Below are positions 49,843 through 64,000 of a DNA stretch of 64,000 nt, one piece after another. The stretch covers positions 68,696,001 to 68,760,000 of the forward strand of contig OZ024744.1 in the NCBI GenBank assembly GCA_964016885.1, given 5' to 3'. The first letter of the stretch is position 1, and every line of letters starts with the position of its first letter. The DNA is from Eledone cirrhosa (lineage: Eukaryota). A program made the position numbers and the translations under genes. The notes under the pieces are model-generated. The model did not search any database. It was given only the letters and a program-made list of their open reading frames with translations, and was not told the origin of the DNA.

Positions 49843-50396
49843 ACCAAGTCTACTTGGTGAGGAGGGTTATTTTGGACACCCTGCAGGACAAAAAATAAAC
49901 CTTGACAAAGGGCAGAAGAACTCATAAGAGTCAACGGCCACCCCAAAATGTGCAAATATATGTACATGTGTACATATGTATGTATGTATCTACGTATGTA
50001 TATATGTGTATGCATATGAATATATATGCGCGGGCACATAGAAATAATCGGGCTGGATACCCGATGGCGCAGTTAAAGATCCTGAGTTGCTTTCTAGAAG
50101 AAGGCAACTTCTAGAAGGCAACTCAGGAAACTAGGATAACTCCGATATAAAACCTGCGGCTCAGTAGTTACCGATGATGTTGATCTTTTCTTCTTTTCGG
50201 GTTATAGCTACTGTCGTTCAGAGAGTCGGATTGGCTCAGTGCACAGTCTTTCTTCACTTTAAAAATATTCTACACGCACAGGCATTGCACGATAGAATTA
50301 ATTAATAATTATTAATAATGTTATATCGTGCAATGGCCATACTCGATAACGTGGGGACAGTCATCATGTATGTATGTATGTATGTATGTATGTATG

Positions 50397-50400
<4 letters not shown>
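49840..50400 (+). mobile_element. RTE-related non-autonomous element (Helitron-free paralog of 41-586 + 6734-6845)
   Basis: Collinear similarity. Confidence 0.7.
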
Positions 50401-50448
<48 letters not shown>

Positions 50449-50509
50449 CCCAAGACTCTGATACCATCAACACTATAAACACAGAGCTGGCATATCTAAG
50501 ACTTGACTA

Positions 50510-50565
50510 ACTGCCTGATGAGGTCATAGCCATTCAATGGCTATCATCCAAATATATATAGCAGT
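50510..50565 (+). ncRNA. Type I HHR (family h) with G12>C, probably inactive
   Basis: actgc CTGATGA ggtc atagccatt c aatggctat catc CAAA tatata TA gcagt. Confidence 0.6.
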
Positions 50566-50621
50566 AAATAAATTTTATGAGTTCATGCACTTGACTTATG
50601 TTTCGTCATTATATATATATG

Positions 50622-50980
50622 TGTAGAAGTTATATTTAATTTGTTGGGATACGACAAGCAAATATTTTTATAACTGATATAAAGCACTCAACAAATTTTT
50701 GGAGTAAAAATACAATATATTAATAAATGGAAACTATATTTATAAAACCATATTTATTTCATTATACATATTTCAAGGACACCAAAGCAAATTATGGTGC
50801 GCTTTCATCAGATAAAATATAATATAGATCAGTTTTATAAACAAATATTGACATACCCTTAAAAGAATGCGACCATGTCTGTTGGAAGCTCCCGGATAGA
50901 TGCTTTGGTGTCCTTGTAAATATGTATAATGAAATAAATATGGTTTTATAAATATATTTTCCATTTATTAATATATTGTA
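50622..50980. mobile_element. Miniature fold-back of the family-a PLE pLTR (tail + arm 50622-50897, inverted arm 50903-50980), with an intact HHR core at 50755-50819 (-)
   Basis: Homologous to 28650-28922. Confidence 0.85.
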
Positions 50981-51001
50981 TATATATATATATATGTGTG
51001 T

Positions 51002-51045
<44 letters not shown>

Positions 51046-51584
51046 GTGTGTGTGTATGTTTGTATGTATGTTCTTCTGGTTTTATAATTTCACAAATTTT
51101 TTCCCAATAGACATAGAGTCGGTCTCTAACATAAACACAAGACTCTCTCAATGGAGTTTACACAACATCAACTAGGTAGATTATGTATGTATGTCTGCAT
51201 GCATGCATGTGTAGATATGGATGTTATTGTATGTGTGGATGTGGATGTTTTGAGTTGTATGTGTGCATGTGTATATGCTTTGTATGTGTACATGTATATA
51301 TGCAGTTATTAGATGCAAAATGTTTGGAATGTTTTACATAATTTTACTGTTCCATTAATGGATTGTACTTGTAATTTCCTAACTAGTTGTGTTTTTTCTG
51401 TTCCTGTGAAGCCCAGCTTCTCAAGTTATGTATTGAGGCAGTTACTAACATACCCCCTCTGCCCCAATAATCACAGGCATAAATCTGAAGGTGTAATCAG
51501 AGTGGAGTATCTGCAGATTTCTCATGTATGTATGTATGTATGTTCTTTTTTTTCTGTATATTTTTAAAAAAACGTTTGATGTCG

Positions 51585-51672
<88 letters not shown>

Positions 51673-52033
51673 CACACCAACAACTTCAACTGCCACCACC
51701 ACCACCATCCATCCACCGCCGCCATCACCATCACCATCACCATCACCAGCGATCGGGCTTTAAGAAAACAACAACTTTAATAATAATAATTTTTCTGCTT
51801 TTGGCACCGAGCCAGCGATTGCTCCAGCGCATTACTGGTACTCTCTTTTGTTGACTCTGTGGGGTATGAAAGGCAAGGTTGACCTCGGCGGGATTTGAGC
51901 TCGGAGCGTGGAGGGCCATAGCTCTATGCTGTAAAGCAATTATAATAATACTGAACGGTAACACGAACGGCTTCAACTATAAGAACTCTTTCGAAAGTCA
52001 ACAGTTGACATAATCTTGTATCAGTAATGACGG

Positions 52034-52083
<50 letters not shown>

Positions 52084-52085
<2 letters not shown>

Positions 52086-52700
52086 AAAAGAATGAAACGA
52101 AATTTCATTTCTCACTCTTAGTACGGCTGGTACTTAAATGTAAGTATGTATGTATACGCACATACATATATGTATACAGACGTACAGTAGTATGTATATA
52201 TATACATACATGCACACACATATATATATGTACGTATGGGTTTGCCGTACATTTATTATAATGCTCGGTTTGTTTGTAAACAAACAAACAGCCCGAATTA
52301 CGCCGTACAGTGTTCAGGCAACCACGTCACCTTTTTTGTTCAACACTGACACAGGAACGATGTGTCAGTGTTCCTGTCTCAGTATTGAACAAAAAAGGCT
52401 GACGTGGTTGCCTGAACACTGTACGGCGTAATTCGGGCTGTTTGTTTGTTTACAAACAAACCGAGCATTATAATAAATGTTCGGTAAACCCATACGTACA
52501 TATATATATGTGTGCATGTATGTATATATATACATACTACTGTACGTCTGTATACATATATGTATGTGCGTATACATACATACTTACATATATATATAAC
52601 TATATATATATATATATATATATGTGTGCATGTATGTATATATATACATATTACTGTACGTCTGTATACATATATGTATGTGCGTATACATACATACTTA
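52084..52700. mobile_element. Fold-back element (arms about 52137-52357 / 52369-52592) with a left tail whose reverse complement occurs at 31012-31057
   Basis: Inverted arms in (TA)n. No HHR recognised. Part of the right arm is tandemly duplicated. Confidence 0.7.
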
Positions 52701-52710
52701 CATATATATA

Positions 52711-52834
<124 letters not shown>

Positions 52835-52959
52835 TAAGTGAGTAGCGTGTGTGTGTTTATTTGTATGCAAGAGTGTTGGTGTGTGCGCGCGTATGTATGT
52901 GTGTGTGCGCGTGTGTATATGTTGTACGTATGAATTTTTTTTTTCTTTATGCGCGGGTA

Positions 52960-55900
52960 CATATAAATAGTCGGGCTGGATACTCGATTGCGCAGTTAAA
53001 CCACTGGGAGTGAAGAACACCTAGCCCTTGTCAGGTCATTCTTGTAGGAGAAGGCATCTCAGGAAACTGGGTTAACTCCGGCACAAAACCTGCAGCTCAG
53101 TAGTTACCGATGATGTTGATCTTTTCTTCTTTTCGTGAGCTTCGACGTTACGATCTTGACATCGTGGCTTTATCTAAGACGAGGTTAGCTGGAGATGGTC
53201 ATCTTACAGAATTTTGTGGAGAATATACATTCTTCTGGAAAGGAAGAGATGAAGGAACCAGAAGAGAGGCTGGGGTAGCATTTGCTGTTAAGACTGTTCT
53301 TGTGAATAAATTAGAAGAATTCCCAGTAGGGATTAGTGAGCGTCTTATGTCCATGAGAATTCTGCTGGACAAAGGAAGATATGCGACCCTGGTGAGTGTG
53401 TATGCTCCAACTATGAATTCTTTCGATGAAGAAAAAGTGTCCTTTTACCATGCCTTGAAAGGTGTTTTAAGAAATATCCCTCAGGCAGATAAAGTCATCG
53501 TGCTTTGTGACTTTAATGGTAGAGTGGGTAGGGATTTTAACACATGGAATGTAATCGGAAGGCATGGGGTGGGAAAGTGTAACAGCAATGGTATGCTCTT
53601 GCTGCAGATGTGAGGAGCTGGTTCTGTGTGTTACAAACACCATGTTCCAACAAAAGAACAAATTTAAGACTACATGGATGCATCCTGCATCTAAGGAATG
53701 GCATCTTTTGGACTACGTCCTAGTCAGGATGCGGGATGTGCAGTGTGTTCGTCCTCTTCGTGGAGCTGAGTGCTGGACGGACCACCCGCCTGGTACGCGC
53801 AAAAGTGAAACTAATCACTAAACATAAAAACCAGGCCCTGCCCAGAAGATTGAATGCTGCTCGTCTTAAGGATAAAAATGTGAAGAGGGCATTGCGAGAA
53901 GAGATGCAGGCTGCAGATCTTGGTGAGGATTGGCCGACCCTTAAAAAGTCGGTTTATGATGTAGGCAGGCGTGTTCTGGGGTTGGTGCAGAGAAAACATC
54001 GAGACTGGTTTAATGAGAATGATGTACATATAGAAGACTTGTTGGGTGATAAGAGGCGTGCTCTGTCACGCTACTTGACGGGAAAACCACAGGAGAAGAA
54101 TATGTTGCATAAGGAACTCAAGGATGTGAAATCACGTATTAGGTGGAGTGAGAAGGCTGATGAGATACAACCTGCGTCAGATTCCAATAATACAAAGCTG
54201 TGGTACAGTCTCTTGCATGAAGTTAATGGACCGTCTTCTTCTCTGGTGACACCGCTTCGCAGCAAGGATGGAAAAGAACTTCTTCGTGACTCACAAAGGA
54301 TTTTAAGAAGGTGGCGAGAGCACTTTCATGAGCTTTTGTCGTCAATAAAGATTTCCTAAATCTCATTCCAGAAAGTCCTGTGAAAGTAGCTGTCGCAGAA
54401 CCTCCGACGCTTGTAGAAATTGAGGTGGCTATCTCGAAGCTGAACTGTGGAAGGTCTCCAGGTATGGATGGCATACATGCAGAGCTCCTACAATATGGTG
54501 GTGAGAGACTCCTGCAACATATTCACTCTTTGTTTGGCAGGATATGGGCTAATGAATCCGTACCTGAGGAATGGAGGGATGCAGTAATGGTGTTATTGTA
54601 CAAGGGAAAGGGTAACAGGAATGATTGTGGGAACTACAGGGGTATATCATTGCTTTCTGTCGTATGGAAAGTTTTATGTAGAGTGCTTCTGGACCGTCTG
54701 CTGACACACATTGCAGATTGTGTTCTTCCTGAAAGTCAATCTGGTTTTCGTGCTGGACGTGGCACTACTGATATGATCTTCTCAGATAGACAGCTCCAGG
54801 AGAAGTGCATGGAACAAGGGCTTGGATCTGTATCAGGTTTTTGTCGATCTGACAAAAGCTTTCGATACTGTTAACAGAAATGCATTATGGAAGGTTCTCC
54901 AGAAACTTGTTTGCCGTGATAAGTTCCTTGCTTTAGTTAGGTCTTTCCATGACGACATGATGGCTTGGGTTAATGTCGGAGGTAACATGTCGGAGCCTAT
55001 CTCAGTAAAGAATGGAGTGAAACAGGGGGATATTCCAGCACCGACCCTGTTTTCCATATACTTTGCAATGGTTTTCTATATTGCATTCAGGAATTGCGAG
55101 CATGGTGTTTACATCCGATATTCAACCCCAGGCAGCATATTTAACATCAGGCGCTTTGCTACAAAAACAAAAGTATTTACATCAATCATAAGAGATCTCT
55201 TGTATGCAGATGATTGCGATCTTCTAGCGCACACAGAGTGATATGCAGCACATTTTGAATTCATTTTCTGATGCTTGCACTGCCCTAGGATTGACTGACA
55301 GTCTCAAGAAAACCGTCGTCATGTACCAACCTGCCTCTGGTAAGCAGTACAGTGAACCAAATATCTATGTGTATGGTAAACGACTTGGAGTGGTTGATCA
55401 GTTTTTCTACCTGGGAAGCACTGTGAATCGATACAGCAACCTTGATAATGAAATCCCACTCAGGATTAGGAAAGCAAGTGATCTTTCGGAAAGCTAGAAA
55501 GGGGACTCTGACGTCGGCGAGACATATGCAAGAAGACAAAGGTAAAGGTGTACAAGGCATGTGTGCTCTCTTCTCTTCTTTATGCCTGCGAGACCTGGGT
55601 CACATATCGACACCACCTTAAGCAATTGGAGCGTTTCCATCAGATGTATCTCAGACGGATCCATGGCGTTCGCTGGAGGGACGACATCAGTGATGTCGAG
55701 ATTTTGGAAAGTTCTCTGTGTGACTTTATAGAAGCTCTTGTGCTTAAGCAACGACTCCACTCGTGGAGTGGTCACCTTGCCAGGATGAAAGATTCTAGAA
55801 TACCAAAACAACTCTTTTATGGAGCGTTAGTTAAAGGAAAACGACGTTCACATAAACCAAAAAAGAGGTATAAGGATTCCTTGAAAACCTCTTTGAAAGA

Positions 55901-56383
55901 CGCTAACATATCTGCTGATACATGGGAAAATATTGCTGCTGTTGTAATAAATGGAGTAAGACTACATATGAGGGAAAAGTTGTCTTTGAGGCATCTCGAA
56001 TCGCATACGAGAAAGTAAAGCGGGATGTGAGGAAGGGCATTGCTGTTGCATTTCTAGACGGCGAGGGTCCTCTAATGGCTCTGACATGCAACGTCTGTGC
56101 GAGACTCTGGCTAAGTAAAGCTGGACACGAAAGTCATCTATGCAGTCATAAAGTGAGACCAATGGTTGACTACCAGGCTGCTGTTGGAGATGCTACTCAT
56201 CATGCTTGCCAAGCATGTGGTAGAGAATGTAAATCAGCAGGAGGGCTCAAGCGACAGGCAAAAGTACATGAACTCCAACCACAGCCGACTATTCCCAGTA
56301 AATGTTTTGGTTGCCAACTCTGTGCAAGACATTTTAGGTCATTGGCTGGGCTAAAAAGCCACATTCGATCGCAGCGCTGTTAG
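52960..56383 (+). mobile_element. RTE-clade LINE copy B, decayed, with a deletion joining the leader to the APE region at about 53135
   Basis: Homologous to 7065-10913, including the triple C2H2 end. Confidence 0.92.
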
Positions 56384-56509
56384 TTGCTATCGCGTGTGTG
56401 TGCGTGTACATATGTTTGTGTGTGCGTGTGTATATATATATATATGTATATTATTATTGTTGTTGTTGTTGTCGTTATTATTATTGTTGTTATTATTATT
56501 ATTATTAAT

Positions 56510-57494
56510 ACTGGCACCTGGAATGTTGCCAGGCACTCACTTGCCTCTACCAAGCGGGCAATGCGATCAGTGGAACTTCCACTCTCGAGTTCTATAGAGG
56601 ATTAGTGGTGGGCAAGTGCGATGACGCACTCGGAGAAGCTTTGGGCCTCGACGAAGTCGAACTGACGAGTCTGTACCGGAGGACCTTTGAGCTGGAGACG
56701 ATGGACAATTTTCAGAAATCCCTCGCTTGGCAGTGCTACCGGGTGGCACTGCCGGTTCGGGATAAACTCTACAGGCACGGAAGTGCTGTCAGACGGACCT
56801 GCCCAAGATGCGCACAGAACGACGAAACCGTTCTGCACGCACTTGCCAATGTCCGTGCATTACTGACTTGTGGAGTTATGTCGAACAGCTACTGTCGCGT
56901 GTGGAACGAATCCGGCTATCAGCCGAGTCCATAGTGAAGATCGATCCACCGCCTTCCTTAGGTCAGGAAGAGCAGGAAAGTTTCCTCTGTCTGGTGGCAG
57001 TTGCGAAAGAGATTATATGGAGGACCAGGTTGAAAGGACTAAAGACAGACACTTTTCTCTTCGGCCAATCCCTCATCAACTTCTTCAAGTTTCACCTGGA
57101 AAGAAGGGTGAGGGTGGAGAGAGAAGTGCTTCCCCCCAGTACATTTGCTAAAAGGTGGGTGAATGTGGCGAGAATGGCTCGTGTGAATGGGCCTACTCTG
57201 ACCATGCGCCTATAGGCTGGCTAACTTGAGGAGAGGGGTGCTCTCCCTGGGTGCCCTAGAAGCGCAGGGTGGTTCAGGATTGGTGGGGCACCCGAATCAC
57301 CCCAGGGTCGTCCACCCCCTATCGGAGAATTTATTTTGTTATATTTATGCATAGTTTATTTTATATTTTTATATTTTCATTGTTAAATTAGTCTTGCCAT
57401 TGTGCACTTTTACTCGACCTTATTGTAAACCCCCACTGTCCCTGTCTTTGTATTGTCCCCTACATGTCGGCCCTTGTGACTAATAAATGAAATC

Positions 57495-57497
<3 letters not shown>
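56510..57497 (+). mobile_element. 3' fragment of a second Tx1/L1 family in (TAT)n
   Basis: MDNFQKSLAWQCYRVALPVRDKLY..CPRC..ETVLHAL, with a different 3' UTR ending in AATAAA. Confidence 0.88.
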
Positions 57498-57533
<36 letters not shown>

Positions 57534-57545
57534 GTTATTGTTATT

Positions 57546-60500
57546 CCTTGAATCTCAGTCATTGATGTTGGTTAACTGGAAAGTCCGTTGGATTGAATAT
57601 CAAGCCACTACCTGCAGCCTCAGATATTCAGGACGTATCGGAGGGTTCTTGCCGTTCCAAGCAAGCATGCCTTTTGAAGCGTTCCAAAAAGCGTGAAGGG
57701 GCCGATTTTCTTTAACCATCCCTGGAAACCTTTGGAGATAGTCCCCAGTGCGCCTATGACAATCGGGATCACTTTGACTTCATGGCAGTTCCAAATCCTT
57801 TTCACCTCCCACTTTAGGTCCTGGTATCGGTTAATTTTCTCCCTCTCCTTCTCTTGCACTCTCGTGTCGAACGGGCAGGCCACATCCACAATCAGGCACG
57901 ATCTTTTTTCTTTGTCCACAACCACCAGGTCAGGTCTATTGTGTTCCAGTTTTTTGTCCGTCTGTATCCTAAAATCCCACAGCACCTTCACCTGACTGTT
58001 CTCCATCACCGCCTCTGGCCTATGCTCATACCATTTCTCAGAATGTGGTAGATTGTTTACTTTGCACAGGTGCCAGTGGATCACCCTGCCCATCACATCG
58101 TGTCTCCAGCCCTTATAGTGGGTCTGGGCTAGGTGTTTACACTCGGACACAATGTGAGCCACAGTCTCCTCTCTCTCTCCACAGATCCTGCACAGTGGGC
58201 TAGCCTCCTCCTTGTAGATATGGTGCTTCAACCACTTCGTTTTGAGGGCCTGCTCCTGCGCAGCCATTAGCATTCCTTCTGTAGCCTTTTTGAGGTCTCC
58301 TCTTCTCAACCAGTTCCATGTCTGTGGATCTCTAAATTCAGTTTTCTCAAAGAAGGTACTATGAAGGGATTTTCCCTTAAGGCTGCTCTTCCTCCTTGAT
58401 GTTATTTCCTCCTTGGGTATCCCCTGGCCTACTGTCCCCTCCTTCAGTACAGCTCTGAGCATTGGCTCCTTACTATAGGTCACGTATTTGTATAGGTTGT
58501 TTTTCTCCATCTGAACACAGTCCTCTATGCTGATAAGACCTCTTCCACCCTCAGATCTCCTTAGGTAGAGTCTATCGACATCACTCCTCTTGTGGAACAT
58601 GTTGTAGATAGTCAATAGCTTCCTAGTCTTCCTATCCATTTCTTTTTGTTCAGCAAACATTCCATCTCAGAATTCCCGCACTGTACCTAATAATAGACAC
58701 AGCTCGGGAATTTACTGCGCTTATGGCATTTCTGCTGTTCAGATGTGACTTCAATACGCTCCTCACTCTCCGAATGTATTCAGTTCTTAACAATTCCTTC
58801 ATTTTTTTGTTCTTTATGCCATCAGCCTCCAGAACGCCCAAATACTTGTATCCTTCCTCAGAGTCAATTTCCTTTATCATCTCACCTGTTGGTATCTGGA
58901 TCCCGTTACTTCTGCTCAACCTACCCCTCCTCATCACAATGACTCCACATTTACCAATACCAAACTGCATACATATATCACTGCTGAAAATACGGACAGT
59001 GTCAACAAGCACATCCAACTCCTTCTCACTTTTCCCGAAGAGCTTAAGATCGTCCATGAAGAGGAGGTGATTGATGGTAAGCTCTCCCCTTCCCAACTTG
59101 TATCCTGCTCTCACTTTTCGCAGCATAATGGTCAAGGGCATCAGGGCAAGGACAAACAACAGAGGGGACAGGCTATCTCCCTGGAAGATACCTCTCTTGA
59201 TCTTCACGCTTCCCAAGGATACTCCAGTTGATGTCAACTCTGTCTCCCAGGACCCCATACTCCTGCCCAGCAACTGTCTGATGTTATCTGCCACCCTGAA
59301 GATCTCCAGGCTTTTGGTGATCCAGGAATGAGGCACCATGTCAAATGCCTTTCTGTAGTCTATCCATCCCATGGCAAGATCAGTGTGTCTCCTCCTGCAA
59401 TTCCCCATTACCATCTTATCAATAAGCAACTGGTCCTTTGTACCACGTGACTTCTTTCGGCATCCTTTCTGTTCGTCCGGCAACAAGTTGTTTGTGTGGA
59501 GGTGATGGTAGATTTCCTCAGACACAATGCTCGTCAACAGTTTCCACATTACGGGCAGACATGTGATAGGTCTATAGTTGGTAACATCATTACCCTTGAT
59601 TCGGTCTTTCATTATCAGAACTGTGGTACCTTTTGTCAACCACTCTGGCACCTCACCCGACACCAAGCAGTCATTGAACATGGCCGTCAGCTTCGGGTGG
59701 AGGGATGTTAAATGTTTAATCCAATACCCCTGCACACCATCTGGGCCTGGTGATTTCCAGTTGGTTAGTTTTTTGGCTTGCCCCTTAAGAGTTTCAACTG
59801 TGATACTCAAATCAGTCTGTTGCTGTGCCTGCTCACCGATCTCCCTCTGTACTGTCTCAATCCACCCTGCCTGGGCATTGTGTCTAACATCCTGCTCCCA
59901 TATTCCTCTCCAGAATGTTTTAGCTTGTTCCGCCCCAGGGATCAAGTCGGTGCCTCTTTCTTTCCCCTCAAGCTGTCCAAACAGCATCTTCTGGTTGTTG
60001 TCGAACATGCGGTTCTGTTTATACTGACTGACTCTGTTCTCGTATCGCCTGATTTTGGCACTCTTTGCTACAATGCGTTGCTTCAATTCCTCTATGATAA
60101 TATTTAGCTTTTTACTCCTAGTTTTGTATTTTATTTCCAGTCTATTTTTAGTGCCTATGTTTTTTAGTGTCCCATTCAGTAGTGACTCAAGCTTTCCTAT
60201 GTCATTTCTCATTTCCCCGATTTGCCCACTCAGTCGCTTCTTCCACCACGGCTCTGCTCTTTCTTGTCTGTTGTTTCCTCTCGCTTTTATACCAAGTAGT
60301 TTCCTCACCGTATTTGCTGTTGCTTTGAGGATATTGTTGTACTGGTGAAGACTCCTCGCCTCAAGGTATGGGATGACTTTGTTTACCTTAGCTGTTGTTT
60401 CTTTTAACTTTTTCCTGTCTACAAATCTTAGGTTCATAGGTCTCCCACTATCATTGTTCAACTCATCTACCACTAAATTTAGGATGTCAACCGAATCTTG

Positions 60501-60920
60501 TCCTAGCCCGTCAGCATTCATCTCCTCAGTGGCCGTATCTCTGTTCCAGGTATTATTTATCTCAGTATTCAGATCATTGTCTGCTTCGGGTGGTTCCTCC
60601 GCTCTCAGGACCTCCTCACCTTCATTTCCCGCCGGCTCGCTTGTCTGGCATACTACACCCGCCATCTCCAAGCCATTCTCTCTGCTCAGTTCCTCCAGTT
60701 CCAGCTCGCTTATCCACCCATTAGTTCTTATTACCCGAGCCTGCCCGGCCAATTTTTGTTCATCTAATTTAAATAAACCAATCTCGTTCCAGATGTTATG
60801 CATCCGTCTCCTGTAGCCCCTCTCCTTGGGGTTACTTTTCAGGTAGCATTGCATAACAGTTCTATTCAATTCTTTCGTCCAGTTGGTTCTGGCCCCTTTC
60901 CTTCTTCTTCTTCCTCCAAC
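57546..60920 (-). mobile_element. R4/Dong-clade non-LTR retrotransposon with (TAA)n tail
   Basis: RT + CCHC + restriction-like endonuclease, embedded in TAA repeats, the known Dong target. Confidence 0.88.
57620..60869 (-). pseudogene. RT-RLE polyprotein split by one frameshift at about 58655
   Basis: NYRPITCLP, WIDYRKAFD, GIFQGDSLSP, LLFMDD, CRICGEREETVAHIVSEC, RHD, RPDLVVVD..IVDVACP and EKINRY. Confidence 0.92.
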
Positions 60921-60983
60921 ATTATTATTATTTTTATTATTATTATTATTATTATTATGATTATTATTATTATTATTATTATT

Positions 60984-63900
60984 AGTGACCTACGAAGTAA
61001 ATCGTATCATCGTGAGCTCCGCAAAGGTTTGTTATTTCCGTTTGTTAAAAATTGTCATTTATGGAAAATTTTATTGTTAACTGTTTATAAGTGCACATAC
61101 ATTGTTTTCCGAAAAGGACACCCAAAAAGATTGGGGCCTTGTGCCCAAATTTTAAACTTTTATTATTATCAAAAAAATTTCTTTGAAAGAAATGGCTAAT
61201 TCACCTCTGCACGAAGCAGCTGAAAGCCTTCCTCACAAATTAACACCTCACACCGACACCACCATTGTAAATGTTACTACGTTTGCCAACACAAAAAAAA
61301 ATATAAGCACTAGCAATATTTTAAATTTGTCTCAGGCAGACATTCATTTCCCGCCATTACCAATGACTGCAGGTGTTAAAGCCTCCACCACCACCATCAC
61401 CACGACAACCACCACCACCACCGCGACAACAGAAACAAAAGAAGAAAAAAATGCATTAACTCGTGATGTCGAAATGAAATCAAGCAAAATCGACTCTTCC
61501 CCACCAAAGACGACTGACGTCACCACCACCACAACTGAAAATAAAATTAATATTAACGATAGCAACAACAACAACAATGACATTATAAACCCCCCCCCCC
61601 CCTCAGTTTCGCCAGAGTAGCAAAACAGTTCGAAGCATTTACGGTAGCTCAGGAGGAATTCGAAAATGCCAAACAAATGGTAAAGAAAGATGGGTACAGG
61701 GTCAGCCTCACCCCCCCCCACCTAATAAAATGGAGCATCGGCGCCTATGCACAGTGTCGTATAGAACAATAAATGTAAAATCGCGCCGAGTGGAACGGGC
61801 ATCCGAGTCCCAAATCCAAAAAGCTTTGGGACATGTGTGGGCAGGAAAAACCCACATCAGACGTGGGCAAAAGTATGGAACCGTGGATGTGTTCTTTGAA
61901 ACACCAGAGGAGGCTAGAGAACACTCCATGGCCCCATTAAAAAGTGACGACTTCACACTCGTCCCAAGCTATTGAGGCCAGAGACTCGTAAAGATCAGGG
62001 TGACCCACGTTCCACCGGCCATCGAAATTCCCTGGCTAATAGCGGCTGTCCTCGCCGGCATCGAAGCCAACACGAAAATAATAGCAGTAGCAAAAGAAAA
62101 GCAGGAAAACTGGTCCGGATCTGGGATGGAGCTCCTGATCCAAGCGGAACAAAAAAGCATTGAGGAGATCCCAGAGGTAATAGACCTCACTGACGGCAGC
62201 CACCTCACGGTAATTGTCGAGGGCAGAAGACCTAGGTGTGTCGTTTGTGGTGAAGGAACCCACCTAAGGGCTTTCTGCCCTCAGGCTAAAAGGTTGAGAC
62301 CACCTCTCCTACCCACCCCAGTGACACAACCATCAACACCACCAGTAGCAGATATGGCAGCAAAAACTGTAGCAGCAACAACAGAAGCAACTATAACAGC
62401 AACAACCCCAGCAACAGTAGCAAAACCAACACCACCACCACCCAACGCTTCAGAACTAGCACCAGCGCCTACAGCATCCACCACGCCACAACCAAAACTA
62501 ACGGCTGTGGAGGATTTTCCACTCCCCGGCCTATCATAACTGGAGACAGATTGTGACGACGAGGAGTGGGAAACGATATCCGGAAAAAAAAAAGAAACCA
62601 AAAAAGAAAAAATTCTCTTCCTTCCCCCTCCAAAAACAAAATACAGAGGGAAACAAATAAATTAAGAAACAAAAAAGTTAGGACAGATATGCCACCATCC
62701 ACACCAGCATCACCAACCCCATCAACCCAAACACCAACACCATCACCATCATTAACCCCAACACCACCATCACCAACACCACAAAAGTCACCAAAATGCG
62801 AAACAGAAACAAACCCACAACAAACGCAAACAAAACAAACCAACCAAAACGATACACACTACACAGCATTAAATTTGAACAACAAGCAATTATTACACTA
62901 CATCCAACACAACACCAGCATCACAGAAAAAGACTACACAACAACCCCAAAATTCACACCACCTCCACACATACAAATCACTCGCATCACACAGAAAACG
63001 TACATGACACTAAAACAAAAATTCCCCAAAGACATCGGAGACTTCCGACAAGCACTCTCCAGGAGGATTTATAAGGACGTCCTTCCTCAGGAGGCCACAA
63101 GCAGTGAAAAGGATGGAAAAACCGTCCTTCCCCTACGAGAAGTAAGGTAAGTGGTCTTTCCCATCTTTTCCACTCCTTTTCAACATGACCTCACTCAGAA
63201 TAGGCAGCATAAATGCGCGTGGCTTGGGGTCGTCATGGAAGCAGGGCCACCTGCTCAACGACCTCAGGTCACTAAACATAGATGTAGTGGCCATCAGCGA
63301 GACCAGAATCTCCGAAGCACAGGCTTTCGCACCGATCTTCGGCGGCTACGATGTGTACGCATCTCCCAGCCGTCCAGGATCGGGGGGAGGAGTTGCTGTG
63401 CTTTTTCGGAGAGGTTTGGATCTTGCCATACGGGCCATCTTCCTGGACCCAGAAGGTAAGTTGGTGGTGCTGGACGTGACCAGCGGAGACGGGCAAGCTT
63501 TCAGGTTAGTGGCCGTCTATGCCCCGACAGGAGCAGGGCGGCCTGATTTCTTCCGGCGTCTGGAGACCTTTCTTGGAACGTCCCGCTCTTTAGTGTTAGT
63601 GGGCGACTGGAACGGGATCTTAGATGCACGCTGGGATTGTGTGGGATTAGTGGATAGGGAAGGAGGGTGCAAGAGTCTCACCAACCTGCTCAGACGTTTT
63701 GAACTGTCTGACAGGTACCGAATGGATTTCCCGAATGTACCAATGTGGACTTGGACAAATCGCATAGGGTCATCCAGATCATATCTAGATAGAGTATTTT
63801 GTAGGGAAATAGATAGGTCTAGCATAGGCTGTCCACAATTCAAGATAGTCAGCTACACGGACGACAAATTCGTGATCTGTGTGCTTGACTTAGATAGGCT

Positions 63901-64000
63901 TCATAGACGAGGACCCGGCTACTGGAAGCTAAACGCGTCCTTACCAGCGCGCAAGGCCTACAGAGACCGGATTAGCGAACTAGTTAAGCGGGCGTTGACG
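60984..64000 (+). mobile_element. Tx1/L1 LINE copy 3. ORF1 is disrupted and ORF2 runs from about 63185 off the window
   Basis: Homologous to 11249-14265, with frameshifts in homopolymers and stops. Confidence 0.92.

Overview
AT-rich, microsatellite-dense eukaryotic DNA made almost entirely of transposable elements. The tRNA-SINE family and repeat style look like an octopod cephalopod (inference). No host gene is clearly identifiable, only a few candidate exons near 47.4-48.3 kb. Conventional content: a decayed Rep/Hel Helitron and two smaller Helitrons; two decayed RTE LINEs with C-terminal C2H2 fingers plus their internally deleted derivatives; three copies of a Tx1/L1-clade LINE (one intact); an R4/Dong-type RLE LINE; Penelope-like (PLE) RT and GIY-YIG sequences; tRNA-SINEs; and a 28-bp minisatellite. 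The most striking feature is a concentration of type I hammerhead ribozyme (HHR) motifs: about 20 copies in at least 8 unrelated sequence families, found by eye. They sit in fold-back elements inserted in (TA)n tracts, and nearly all share one architecture: an inverted repeat with a unique tail on one side only. One of them (34588-38446) is a non-coding 558-bp unit repeated about 5.5 times head-to-tail with one HHR per unit and then folded back. This looks like a retrozyme-type circular RNA copied by rolling reverse transcription and integrated by PLE machinery. The two ends of the window are paralogous segments about 50 kb apart that differ by TE insertions. Ribozyme calls are motif and pairing matches, not tested activity.
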